The translations under genes and the position numbers were made by a program. The notes under the pieces are model-generated. The model made no database searches. It saw only the letters and a program-made list of their open reading frames with translations, and had not been told where the DNA came from. A stretch of DNA of 36,199 nucleotides, from IMG/VR virus record IMGVR_UViG_2778261083_000005. One strand, written 5' to 3'. This DNA comes from a virus. Its lineage: Duplodnaviria > Heunggongvirae > Uroviricota > Caudoviricetes. Below, in pieces: positions 10,145-18,627 of this stretch. Within the stretch, counting starts at the first letter, position 1. Each line of letters starts with the position of its first letter.

Positions 10145-10420
10145 TCAGGGAGATTCATTACTCTTATTTGCCGGAAATTTTCTATAAATTGTGGAAACAC
10201 CCACATCAAAAATCAGTGCAATACGCTGTCTTGATTCTCCGGCCTCGAGTAAGCGTCCAATCTGTGCCCACTGTTCGATGGTCAACTTAGGACGGCGTCC
10301 ACCTACTCTGCCTTTGGCGCGAGCTGCAGCAAGCCCCGCCCTGGTACGTTCAACTATCAGTTCGCGTTCCATTTCAGCCAGGGCACCCATGACATGAAAA
10401 AAGAAACGGCCCATTGGAGT
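10145..10420 (-). pseudogene. 5'-truncated serine DNA invertase (Gin/Pin/Hin family), C-terminal HTH half only
   Basis: ORF MGRFFFHVMGALAEMERELIVERTRAGLAAARAKGRVGGRRPKLT... matches the C-terminal ~90 aa of Gin/Pin-type invertases; the N-terminal catalytic-serine domain is absent and upstream sequence is unrelated AT-rich DNA. Confidence 0.75.
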
Positions 10421-10574
10421 ACATAGCCTATTAGCATTAGCTCTCCTTTTGTTACCTTGATAAATTTCACTTGTAATGTATATTTATTGGCACCGAAACG
10501 AAGTTAAAACTTAAAAACATTTATCGAACATTTATGTAATAATAACCTTCATAGCATCTATAAGGAAAATAAAA

Positions 10575-11447
10575 ATGGAACAGAGAAAACTATATGCTTA
10601 CTTAAATTTAAACAATCCAATTGTTGCCTGGGAGGTTGCAATAGGAAGAATTGAATCAATCTGTTATAAAAGTGAGTTTGGAGTATCTATTTGGTTCTAC
10701 AATCTAGTAAGAAAATACTTATCAGATAATCACAATGAAAAATTACAAAATGAGTTAGCTCTTGAAAAGGTACGCTCAGACAATTTCAGAGATAAAGTTT
10801 CCCGCCTAACCGGAATATATCTATTCAAAACAAAAGAAATGGCTGAAATAGCAATTGACCGTTGGGGTTTAAATCAAAACTATAAAAACACTATTGCAGA
10901 AATTGATTTTCATGGTTTGAACTTTACAGAGGTGGACTCAGAGTGGATCACTGATTATCTCGGCTCTCCGCTTGAGCAAAATGCGCCCTGGATGCACAAC
11001 TATTGGTCTGGAGTAACTCGCGGGGAAAATCCATTAACCGAAGTTTTGGCCAGTGGCATTGGATATATCAACGATAAAAAAATCAGAAGCATGGCTATCA
11101 AAAAACTATATGAAAAATGGGCTACTTCATCTTTGTTATTTAATGCAGCGATTGCCGGTTTTTCTACTGGAGAAATGGATCAGATATGTCGTGTCAAACC
11201 AGCGATACTACGTGAAGATGATGGGACCCTATCTGGAGAAATTTTTATTGACATGAAAGAATTCAGTCAAAATCAGACAAAAATAGTAGCCGCTTTAAAG
11301 AAAATGTATGACAACGGATATGAGCCTCCTATTGTTGTACCGAATGACCAAAATGCTGCCTTTGCATTACCGGACCTTAAAGATATGTTTTTTAGTACTA
11401 AAAACGAAGTAACTAAAAACCTGTTCAACTTATTACACGCTAGTTAA
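10575..11447 (+). CDS. Hypothetical protein, 290 aa, AT-rich cargo gene at the Z/fun hotspot position
   Basis: Clean ORF with AGGA SD 8 nt upstream of ATG at 10575; opposite strand to the flanking tail operon; markedly AT-rich by eye; followed by a hairpin; no family recognised. Confidence 0.7.
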   Translation: MEQRKLYAYLNLNNPIVAWEVAIGRIESICYKSEFGVSIWFYNLVRKYLSDNHNEKLQNELALEKVRSDNFRDKVSRLTGIYLFKTKEMAEIAIDRWGLNQNYKNTIAEIDFHGLNFTEVDSEWITDYLGSPLEQNAPWMHNYWSGVTRGENPLTEVLASGIGYINDKKIRSMAIKKLYEKWATSSLLFNAAIAGFSTGEMDQICRVKPAILREDDGTLSGEIFIDMKEFSQNQTKIVAALKKMYDNGYEPPIVVPNDQNAAFALPDLKDMFFSTKNEVTKNLFNLLHAS

Positions 11448-11454
11448 CTGCGAA

Positions 11455-11477
11455 CCACCATTTATATAAAATGGTGG
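11455..11477 (+). terminator. Candidate terminator hairpin after the 290-aa gene
   Basis: ccaccattt(11455-11463) / aaatggtgg(11469-11477) inverted repeat followed by a moderately T-rich tract. Confidence 0.45.
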
Positions 11478-11569
11478 CATCTATCTTACTTTTAATAAAA
11501 ACTTATTAGTTTAATTTATATGAGATTGTGGTTGCTACCGAAGCAGAGAAACAACTGCGAATAGACTAG

Positions 11570-11719
11570 GCTAACGAGTTTATAAACAGTAAGCAATGGT
11601 CTGATAAAGCAGCTATTTATCGCCTGAAAGGTGGCGAACTGGAACAATATAATTCGTGGGTGAGTTATCTGGATGCACTAGAACTGGTCGATACACCCCG
11701 TGCTCCAGATATTGAATGA
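11570..11719 (+). pseudogene. 3' remnant of an inverted alternative tail-fibre assembly (tfa-like) gene
   Basis: Open frame ...SDKAAIYRLKGGELEQYNSWVSYLDALELVDTPRAPDIE* ending at TGA 11717-11719, with no start codon; C-terminus resembles Tfa/gpG tails (compare gpG here ...VLDYIDAVTTTDTSTAPDVIWPELSEA); converges on the gpG stop. Confidence 0.45.
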
Positions 11720-11720
11720 C

Positions 11721-12323
11721 CTACGCCTCCGACAGTTCAGGCCAGATGACATCCGGCGCAGTGCTGGTATCCGTTGTCGTCACCGCATCGATGTAATCCA
11801 GCACAGTGTTAAGTCGGGTGGTCTCTGCCTGCATCAGCTTCCGCCCGGCCTGCAATTTCAACTGAATCAGACTAATGGAAGCCATTGCAGCATCAATCAG
11901 TGACTGACGCTGTGCTTCTGCTGCGTCTACTGCGGCGCTATGCTGTGCCTCGGTATCCGTCACCCATTTCTCACCATCCCATTTATCGTATGGCGTTAAC
12001 GGGGCGATAGTGGTTGTATTTTCAGGATAATTACCCGGCACCGTGATTTCTTTTGCTTCTCCTGTTTCGGTGCTATAGATAATTTCACCGCGATGGTCTG
12101 GCATATATTCCCATGAGTTTAAATCTACTGAACGGCAGATTGCATAACCAGCCTTATATGTGCCAGGAGCATCTAAACAGGAATATGCCGGGATACCGAC
12201 ACCAACGGCAAGATATTCATTTGAAGTGGAAATATATTCCCGTGTTTCTCCATCATAGTTATAGACAGTAATATTCCCCGCCTTCGTGGCAATAAGCTCG
12301 CTATTTAATACAGCGTTATCCAT
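11721..12323 (-). CDS. G: Tail fibre assembly protein gpG
   Basis: 200 aa; ATG at 12321-12323 overlaps the H stop (TAATG); Tfa-like C-terminus. Confidence 0.8.
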   Translation of the reverse strand: MDNAVLNSELIATKAGNITVYNYDGETREYISTSNEYLAVGVGIPAYSCLDAPGTYKAGYAICRSVDLNSWEYMPDHRGEIIYSTETGEAKEITVPGNYPENTTTIAPLTPYDKWDGEKWVTDTEAQHSAAVDAAEAQRQSLIDAAMASISLIQLKLQAGRKLMQAETTRLNTVLDYIDAVTTTDTSTAPDVIWPELSEA

Positions 12324-13852
12324 TATGCAGCCCTCACGATAAAGTTAAATGCAATATTTCGCGGACGGGTTTCGCTTCCACCTGTGTTACCAATACTCCC
12401 TCGTGTATGTAGCGTTGGTGATGGAATCAGAGTCCCTCCGACATCAGCAGCATCAAGCCCCCGGCCTTGCGTGTATGCTCTTCTGAAGATTGTCGCCAGT
12501 TCCCATTCCTCTTTTGAATCATACCCATCGTTGGCAACAACAATATGGCGATGTTTTTCCAGCATCCCAGTCTGAATGCTCAATAAAGCACGTCCAGCAT
12601 CAACGCCTCGTCCGTCATCCCAGCCACGAATAAACTCACCACGGAGATCAGGTAGTTTCCCTGATGGATATGCTGTAGCAAGACGGGGATATTTAACCTT
12701 ATCAAAGGCAGCGCCATTGCATTTCAACCAGCCTGTCGGCAGAGTGGCTGAAGGCCACGGAACTGGTACTCCTACAGGTAATGCAGAACCTTCTCCCAAA
12801 CCAAGGTATGCGAGAAGACCAGCAACATCCTTTCCACTCAAATTAGTCAGCGTATTGTCCAGCGGTTGTTTACCTGCCAGTGCATTAAGCATTGTCGTGG
12901 CAAAGTTCGGGTCATTCCCCAGCGCCGCCGCCAGTTCGTTCAGTGTATCCAGTGCCGCAGGTGCAGAACCCACCATTGCCGCAATCGCCGATTTCACAAA
13001 TGCCGTGGTGGCAATCTGTGTATTGTTGACCGACTGTGCCGCAGTCGGTGCGGTTGGCGTTCCGGTGAGTGCCGGACTCGACAGCGGCGCTTTCAGTGCC
13101 AGCGCATTGTTAATGGTGGTACTGAATTTCGGGTCATTGTTTATGGCTGCGGCAATTTCTTTCAGCGTGTCCAGCGTGGCTGGCGCACCATTAATAAGAG
13201 CCGTCAGTGCCGCCTGAACAAACGCGGTGGTCGCAACCTGCGTGGTATTATTCCCCGCCGCTGGCGTTGGCGCTTTGGGTGTCCCGGTAAACGTAGGACT
13301 TTCTTTGGGTGCATACTGTGAATGCGGGTCCGGTGCTGCAAGATGTTTTGCCATCTGATCATCCACGTACACCTTCAGCTCCAGTACCTTATCATCCACA
13401 TACTTGCGGGTTGCCAGCACGACGGCAGGGTCGATTTTCAGGGTGATATAGTCCGTGCTGCTGGTAATCAACACCATGCGCACGGTCTGGGTGCGCCCGC
13501 TGCCTTCAGCCAGTTGCGGCTTATAGCTTTCCGGGCAGTTGCCCACGGCAATCAATGCCCCGGATTCATCAAACAGGCCCACTTCACGTATCCACCAACC
13601 GCCCTCGTTTTCAGGGATCACCTGTTCAGCAATAATCTGGCTGCTGTTTTGCGGGTCGATATAGAGCATATTCAGCGCAGCCCGGCGTTTCTCATTTACC
13701 AGTGCCGTCTGCTTTGCGTCCGGCGTTGGTAATGTTCCGCCGCCATCGCCGACCGCCATATGGGTAATTTTTAACGGCACACCGAGCGCGGCGGCGCTGG
13801 CAAGTTTCGCCGCGCCAATATCCGTCAGCAGGGTATAAAATTTTGTGCTCAT
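12323..13852 (-). CDS. H: Tail fibre protein gpH
   Basis: 509 aa; conserved P2 H-like N-terminus (MSTKFYTLLTDIGAAKLA...), Ala/Thr-rich repeats, variable C-terminus. Confidence 0.85.
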   Translation of the reverse strand: MSTKFYTLLTDIGAAKLASAAALGVPLKITHMAVGDGGGTLPTPDAKQTALVNEKRRAALNMLYIDPQNSSQIIAEQVIPENEGGWWIREVGLFDESGALIAVGNCPESYKPQLAEGSGRTQTVRMVLITSSTDYITLKIDPAVVLATRKYVDDKVLELKVYVDDQMAKHLAAPDPHSQYAPKESPTFTGTPKAPTPAAGNNTTQVATTAFVQAALTALINGAPATLDTLKEIAAAINNDPKFSTTINNALALKAPLSSPALTGTPTAPTAAQSVNNTQIATTAFVKSAIAAMVGSAPAALDTLNELAAALGNDPNFATTMLNALAGKQPLDNTLTNLSGKDVAGLLAYLGLGEGSALPVGVPVPWPSATLPTGWLKCNGAAFDKVKYPRLATAYPSGKLPDLRGEFIRGWDDGRGVDAGRALLSIQTGMLEKHRHIVVANDGYDSKEEWELATIFRRAYTQGRGLDAADVGGTLIPSPTLHTRGSIGNTGGSETRPRNIAFNFIVRAA

Positions 13853-14454
13853 GGATTCACTCTCATTGTGTCAATAACATGGACCGCCCCGCCTTCATGC
13901 GCGGTGCCGCCAGAAATAATTGTTTCGTTGATATACGGATAGATCGTGATTTCTTCACCAAGATAGCTGGCGGCCCCTACCCAGTGCGGGCCACTGGTTT
14001 GCAGATTGATGGACATGCCGATCATGTGACGGCTACATGGTTTGGCATCGCTTATCAGCCGCTCAAGTTCCAGATAGGTATCTTCAGTGATGCCCTGGTC
14101 CTGCACGCCGATGTCCAGGCGAAACGTGCCCGGTGTTTCTCCAGTCTGCCACCACTCAATAATGCGTATCAGGAAGCCGAACGGCTCCACCACCCGCCGC
14201 ACGGCACTGGTGGTTCCTTTATGCTGATGAATATAAAAAGCATCCTTCACCACCTGGCGCTTGACGCTTTCTGTCCAGCCCTCGTCCCAGCGATCCACAG
14301 AGAACGCCCAGGCGAGATAAGGCAGGAAACTGATCGGACAGGTTGCCGGATTCCACAAGTCACGCAGCGGCACCTGCAGATCAGAAATCCCGCTACAGGT
14401 CTGCGCCAGTCGGCGCTCCAGTGAAGTTGAACCCGGTGGCAGCAGACTATTCAT
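13849..14454 (-). CDS. I: Baseplate protein gpI
   Basis: 201 aa; ATG at 14452-14454; synteny between J and H. Confidence 0.8.
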   Translation of the reverse strand: MNSLLPPGSTSLERRLAQTCSGISDLQVPLRDLWNPATCPISFLPYLAWAFSVDRWDEGWTESVKRQVVKDAFYIHQHKGTTSAVRRVVEPFGFLIRIIEWWQTGETPGTFRLDIGVQDQGITEDTYLELERLISDAKPCSRHMIGMSINLQTSGPHWVGAASYLGEEITIYPYINETIISGGTAHEGGAVHVIDTMRVNP

Positions 14455-15355
14455 CCGTTCCTCCGTTGGTCACGCTCCACTGCGTACATGATGCCGCCTG
14501 CGTTTTGTTCAGAACCACATCCGCCAGCGGAGAAGCCAGTTCCACACGTTGAACACCTTCAACATGCAGCGCGGCAAAAATAGCACTACGGCGAATATCC
14601 CGACCGAGCCGCGTCTGACTGGCGATGTACCTCTGCAGGCTGACTTTTGCCGCTGCCATTACCGGCTCTGCTTCCGGTCCCGGATAAAGAAAAATGGTGG
14701 CTTCCACACGGTACGGGATGATTTCTGCGCTGCGAACCGTCAGACGGTCAGCCACCGGACGGACGTTCTCACTGTTCAGGGCTTTTTCCACCACATCCAG
14801 CAAGTCTTTTTCTGCTGTTCCGTCGCCTTCGCGGCTAAGGACAGTCAGCACCACCTCTGCAGGTGCCGGACTGGTTGCACTGGCATCCGCCACCCGACCG
14901 TCGGCGCTTCGGGCATGAAATTCATAAGCTGCTGTTGGCCCCGCAACCGAAAGCCCTTCAAAGGCTGCAGGCACACGCAGGCGCAACGCTTCATCGCTTT
15001 CCATCACTGCCGCAACGGGCGGCACAGCGTCATCATCAGCAGGTGTCACCGTCAGGCGTTTCACGTTGTAATTGGCGGCGAGCTGGTCCAGATCGCCCCC
15101 TATGGCATAAGCCACCATCACCGCCTGCGCGGCTTCGTTAATGCGCTGGCGCAGAAGCAACTCACGGTAAGCGTTCTCCTGCAACAATTTGGTAACGGGT
15201 TCAGATTCAAGTTCCAGCGTACGCATCACTGCTTCCTGCTCATCTTTCGGATGAAGTGCCACAAATTCTGCCTTGCGTTCAGCAAGCAGCGTCTCAAAGT
15301 CCGGCACATCCACAATCTGCGGCGCAGGCAACTGCGAAAGGTCAATCACTGCCAT
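14447..15355 (-). CDS. J: Baseplate wedge protein gpJ
   Basis: 302 aa; ATG at 15353-15355; synteny. Confidence 0.85.
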   Translation of the reverse strand: MAVIDLSQLPAPQIVDVPDFETLLAERKAEFVALHPKDEQEAVMRTLELESEPVTKLLQENAYRELLLRQRINEAAQAVMVAYAIGGDLDQLAANYNVKRLTVTPADDDAVPPVAAVMESDEALRLRVPAAFEGLSVAGPTAAYEFHARSADGRVADASATSPAPAEVVLTVLSREGDGTAEKDLLDVVEKALNSENVRPVADRLTVRSAEIIPYRVEATIFLYPGPEAEPVMAAAKVSLQRYIASQTRLGRDIRRSAIFAALHVEGVQRVELASPLADVVLNKTQAASCTQWSVTNGGTDE

Positions 15356-15701
15356 TCTCTGCTCCTGTTAATACGGAAAGGGACACAGGCACACCGTTAT
15401 TCCGCCGCCCGGCCAGCTCCACCACCATAGAACCGTCAAAATTGCTGTTGATGGTTATGGAATCCAGCGTCAGCCGTGGCTCCCAGCGACTCAGCGCCAC
15501 ATACACTGCCGACATGACCTGCAGGCGTAATGCCGGATTTTGTGGCTGGTCTATCAGTGCCGACAGCAGGGAACCATATTCACGACGGGCAATGCGGCTA
15601 CCCTGCGGTGTCAGCAGAATGTCCCGCACCGACTGGCGCAGATGGTCAATATCAGTAATGGCTTTACCGCTGGTATTGTTCATCCCGCTATAAAGCGTCA
15701 T
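15342..15701 (-). CDS. W: Baseplate protein gpW
   Basis: 119 aa; ATG overlaps the V stop (ATGA); synteny. Confidence 0.8.
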   Translation of the reverse strand: MTLYSGMNNTSGKAITDIDHLRQSVRDILLTPQGSRIARREYGSLLSALIDQPQNPALRLQVMSAVYVALSRWEPRLTLDSITINSNFDGSMVVELAGRRNNGVPVSLSVLTGAENGSD

Positions 15702-16276
15702 ACCGGGCCTCCGGTTGTGTCGCCGCCTTTCAGGACGCCAGTATGCTGATGTGCATCAACCACGATCCCGTTAGAACTCATCGCTCCGCCGCCCTGGGTA
15801 ACGCCACCATTGATCACAACTTCGCTGTTAATGCGCGTGCGGTCAGCCTCCAGTACAAACTCACTGGTTTTCATGGTGATGTTGTCAGCGGCCTCAATGA
15901 CCATTGATTTGATGCCCCTGACATACCAGCGCCCGGTGGCGGGTTCGTATTCAAACCAGCCACCGTCAGGATGTTCTGTCACGCAGGCGTCCGCCGACGT
16001 CGACGGTGGTGCGAACTGATTCGAATAGACAGCGGGCAGCGCAAAGGCGGTCTCCAGATTGCCGCCCAGACTCAGCAGCACCACCTGCTCACCTTCCGAT
16101 GGTTTCCACCATGTGCGGGCATTACCCGCGCGCAGCGTCAGCCAGTTAATCCAGTTGGTTTCAAGGTCGCCAGTTTTCACCCGACACAGCCAGTTTGCCC
16201 TGTCCACTTCGGTGACTACACCTGAGCGGATCAGGTTGGTGATAAGGCGCATGATTTCGGTTAATTGTGCGTTCAT
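15698..16276 (-). CDS. V: Baseplate spike protein gpV
   Basis: 192 aa; N-terminus aligns by eye with P2 gpV. Confidence 0.85.
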   Translation of the reverse strand: MNAQLTEIMRLITNLIRSGVVTEVDRANWLCRVKTGDLETNWINWLTLRAGNARTWWKPSEGEQVVLLSLGGNLETAFALPAVYSNQFAPPSTSADACVTEHPDGGWFEYEPATGRWYVRGIKSMVIEAADNITMKTSEFVLEADRTRINSEVVINGGVTQGGGAMSSNGIVVDAHQHTGVLKGGDTTGGPV

Positions 16277-16322
16277 AGGGAAAGGTTGCCATCAGGGGAA
16301 GAAAGGCGGCAGTGCTGCAACT

Positions 16323-16340
16323 TGTATCAGTGCTGATACA
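16323..16340 (-). promoter_or_regulatory. Candidate Ogr/B activator site of late promoter PV (TGT-N12-ACA dyad)
   Basis: TGTatcagtgctgatACA in the S-V intergenic gap, a near-perfect palindrome. Confidence 0.4.
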
Positions 16341-16344
16341 AAGA

Positions 16345-16791
16345 TCACCCCGCCAGCCATTGCAGAATCATGTCGCGGGTCATTGCCTCAACATCATCAT
16401 TTACACCCAGAAGGCGACGCTCTGCGTAACGGACCTCAGGTCCTTTGCGACTGACGCGATCGCGCAAGCCGTAATGGTGAACACGGGCAATGCGCTGCAC
16501 CTTACCTTCAAACTGCACGCTGGCAGAGTCGGCGCTGGCGGCAGTTTTCAGGTATTTTGTGGTGCGCAGCTTTGCAAACATCTGACGTTTGATGCGCCCC
16601 TTTTTACTGCGTGCTGTTACCCGTCGCGGTTCATAGCTGCTGCCGTCAGGGTTGCGCTGCATCCTGATATTCTGCTGCTGTGTCCGGCGCAGTTCCTGCG
16701 CCAGCTGGCGCATCATGCGGCTTCTGGCGGCTGGTTCCAGATTCGCCAACAAAGCACTCAGCCAGTCGTCCACTTTCTGCAGTTCAGCCAC
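16345..16791 (-). CDS. S: Tail completion protein gpS
   Basis: 148 aa; GTG start; synteny with P2 R-S. Confidence 0.75.
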   Translation of the reverse strand: MAELQKVDDWLSALLANLEPAARSRMMRQLAQELRRTQQQNIRMQRNPDGSSYEPRRVTARSKKGRIKRQMFAKLRTTKYLKTAASADSASVQFEGKVQRIARVHHYGLRDRVSRKGPEVRYAERRLLGVNDDVEAMTRDMILQWLAG

Positions 16792-17236
16792 GTTTCACCG
16801 TCCACATTTCTTCAGGTTCATCGGGTTCCGCTACAGCTTCAACGCTCGACACACTGCCGTCAGTGCTGACCAGCACACGTTCCGTCAGTTGCAGGTTCAG
16901 GCTGATATCACAGACATCGTTGCGCAGAATATCCACCTCAAAGGTGAATAGTTTTTCCCGTAACGCCGGGTTATTGATGGCATCGGGCTGGTTATTCCTC
17001 AGCCACAGCAAAACCGGGGCCATCAGCAGATTCTGGTCGCCGCTGAAATCCTCAATCACCGCGTTCAGGGTGTAACGGTACTCCCACGACATGGAGCTGG
17101 CCCCCGTGGCAACCAGCGAACCGTTATCCACAAACAGATGCAGTTTGTCCGGGTTATTGCGGACATAAGGCACCGCTTTATTGAGGGCGTGGCGCAGGGA
17201 TTGTGGTTTGTTCACTGTTTCGCTCCTGACACGCAA
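16784..17236 (-). CDS. R: Tail completion protein gpR (start uncertain: TTG at 17236 or GTG at 17215)
   Basis: 150-aa ORF; conserved KPQSLRHAL...FVDNGSL block resembling P2 gpR. Confidence 0.7.
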   Translation of the reverse strand: MRVRSETVNKPQSLRHALNKAVPYVRNNPDKLHLFVDNGSLVATGASSMSWEYRYTLNAVIEDFSGDQNLLMAPVLLWLRNNQPDAINNPALREKLFTFEVDILRNDVCDISLNLQLTERVLVSTDGSVSSVEAVAEPDEPEEMWTVKRG

Positions 17237-17468
17237 TAATCATGTCCACTTTGTCTGCACAGACCGCCCAGGCGGCCTCCGTTTCATCCAGCAACGCGTC
17301 CAGATCACCGTTAGTGCGTGGCGTTGCCTGCTCCAGCCGACACGGCGTCACTCGCGGACAACCACTGACGGTAAGCTGCACCTCCGGTGAGCGTCGGACG
17401 TTCCCGCAGCCGGATAATGTCAGCAGGCAAAGGAGTATCAGCCCAGCGGCGTAAATCCTCGTTCTCAC
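17178..17468 (-). CDS. lysC: o-spanin (Rz1/LysC-like outer-membrane lipoprotein), overlapping lysB and R
   Basis: 96-aa ORF with signal peptide and lipobox (LLTLSGC), Pro-rich C-terminus; GTG start; out of frame with and overlapping lysB and R. Confidence 0.65.
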   Translation of the reverse strand: MRTRIYAAGLILLCLLTLSGCGNVRRSPEVQLTVSGCPRVTPCRLEQATPRTNGDLDALLDETEAAWAVCADKVDMIIACQERNSEQTTIPAPRPQ

Positions 17469-17739
17469 GTTTCAGTTCCTCGATCCGGTGTTGTCGTTGT
17501 CTCAGCAGCGCGCTGGTCTGTTCTGCTTCGGCATAGAGCCGCGCCTGCTCCCGGTTATTGGTTTCAGTCAGAATGGCCAGGCTGATAAGCTGGCTGTTGC
17601 TCTTTGCCAGTGACTGGCTTTTGCTCTGCAGCTCGTCTGCCTGCGTGCTAATGGTCTGGCTGGCATCAGCCAGCCGCCACGTCTGCCAGCCCAGCGCCGC
17701 CAGTAATAACGCCAGCACAACCAGCAGCAACCGGTTCAT
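17311..17739 (-). CDS. lysB: i-spanin (Rz/LysB-like)
   Basis: 142 aa; N-terminal TM helix followed by a charged coiled-coil region; ATG overlaps the lysA stop. Confidence 0.75.
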   Translation of the reverse strand: MNRLLLVVLALLLAALGWQTWRLADASQTISTQADELQSKSQSLAKSNSQLISLAILTETNNREQARLYAEAEQTSALLRQRQHRIEELKRENEDLRRWADTPLPADIIRLRERPTLTGGAAYRQWLSASDAVSAGAGNATH

Positions 17740-18113
17740 GCTGCTACCTGTTGCGCCATCTGATTACGGGTGATCCAGAAGGCAATAACGGTCAGTAGAT
17801 AAAAGACCAAGGTAATAGCCCACCCCGTCCAGGCGAGACTTACAACAATCAGCAATCGCATCACCCAACTGATAAATACGTTTTCTTTTCGGGTAATTGT
17901 CTTCAGCAAAGATGCCCTTAACTCCTGCCAGAGCAGGCCATTCTTAATTAACGCAGCCAGTGCTACCGGAATTACCGCCCATGTCAGCAAACAGGCTACC
18001 CAAACGCCGGACGCTGCCAGTACCGGAAAAATCCCCTGCGGATACACCATTGCTGCGATTAACAGCGCCATCCATAACATCAGAAACAGTCCGCTGATTA
18101 ATTTCTTTTTCAT
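17736..18113 (-). CDS. lysA: Lysis-timing membrane protein LysA-like
   Basis: Multi-TM ORF; ATG at 18111-18113 (MKKKLISGLF...) chosen over the longer upstream-extended ORF. Confidence 0.65.
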   Translation of the reverse strand: MKKKLISGLFLMLWMALLIAAMVYPQGIFPVLAASGVWVACLLTWAVIPVALAALIKNGLLWQELRASLLKTITRKENVFISWVMRLLIVVSLAWTGWAITLVFYLLTVIAFWITRNQMAQQVAA

Positions 18114-18114
18114 T

Positions 18115-18627
18115 TCAGTTTGCTCCCTGTAAACACCAGGCCATCTCCCGCGCACGGCGGTTATCCAGCCCCTGATTAAACACACCTTTTACATACACCC
18201 AGCGCGGCAACTGTCGGCACGCATCCGCCCAGCGCCGCTGATTGAGCAATTTCACCAGCGTGGAGCTGCAGGCATTGCCTGTCCCCACGTTGAAGGCAAA
18301 TGACACCACCGCGTCATACACTTTCTGCGGTGGCTGTTGCTTCACACACCTTTCCAGTGACCGCTCCACACGCAGCACGTTGGAGATCAGCCCTTCTGCT
18401 GCCTGTCGCTCCGTAATGGTTTTGCCGGGAATGACGCCCGACGTATTACCAATGCCGTCGGTCCAGACACCCGCGCTGCACTGATACGGCTGCAGACGAC
18501 AACCTTCGTAATCGGCAATCAGTTTCAGCCCTTCCACGGAGGTGTGAAGCTGCTGAAAACCCGGCAGCGTGGCAGCAATAGCCAGCACGGCCCCGACAAG
18601 GCAGCGTTTAACGATTGATGGATTCAT
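18115..18627 (-). CDS. K: Endolysin (lysozyme-like, probable SAR type)
   Basis: 170 aa; hydrophobic N-terminal segment (CLVGAVLAIAATLPG) then lysozyme-like YEGCRLQPYQ...GVWTDGIGNT region. Confidence 0.8.
   Translation of the reverse strand: MNPSIVKRCLVGAVLAIAATLPGFQQLHTSVEGLKLIADYEGCRLQPYQCSAGVWTDGIGNTSGVIPGKTITERQAAEGLISNVLRVERSLERCVKQQPPQKVYDAVVSFAFNVGTGNACSSTLVKLLNQRRWADACRQLPRWVYVKGVFNQGLDNRRAREMAWCLQGAN

Noticed and set aside
10575-11447. Possibility that the 290-aa gene is the alternative tail-fibre C-terminus of the former invertible segment
   Set aside because: No Gly/Ala/Thr-rich fibre repeats and no resemblance to the gpH C-terminus; AT-rich composition; has its own RBS and terminator and ends well before the tfa remnant.
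12576-13321. Plus-strand ORFs (213 aa and 151 aa) within the tail-fibre gene H
   Set aside because: Antisense to gpH; low-complexity Ala/Ser-rich or Arg/Cys-rich translations; no independent support.
14549-15430. 293-aa plus-strand ORF overlapping baseplate genes I/J/W
   Set aside because: Antisense to well-supported structural genes; Cys/His/Arg-rich composition typical of a spurious frame.
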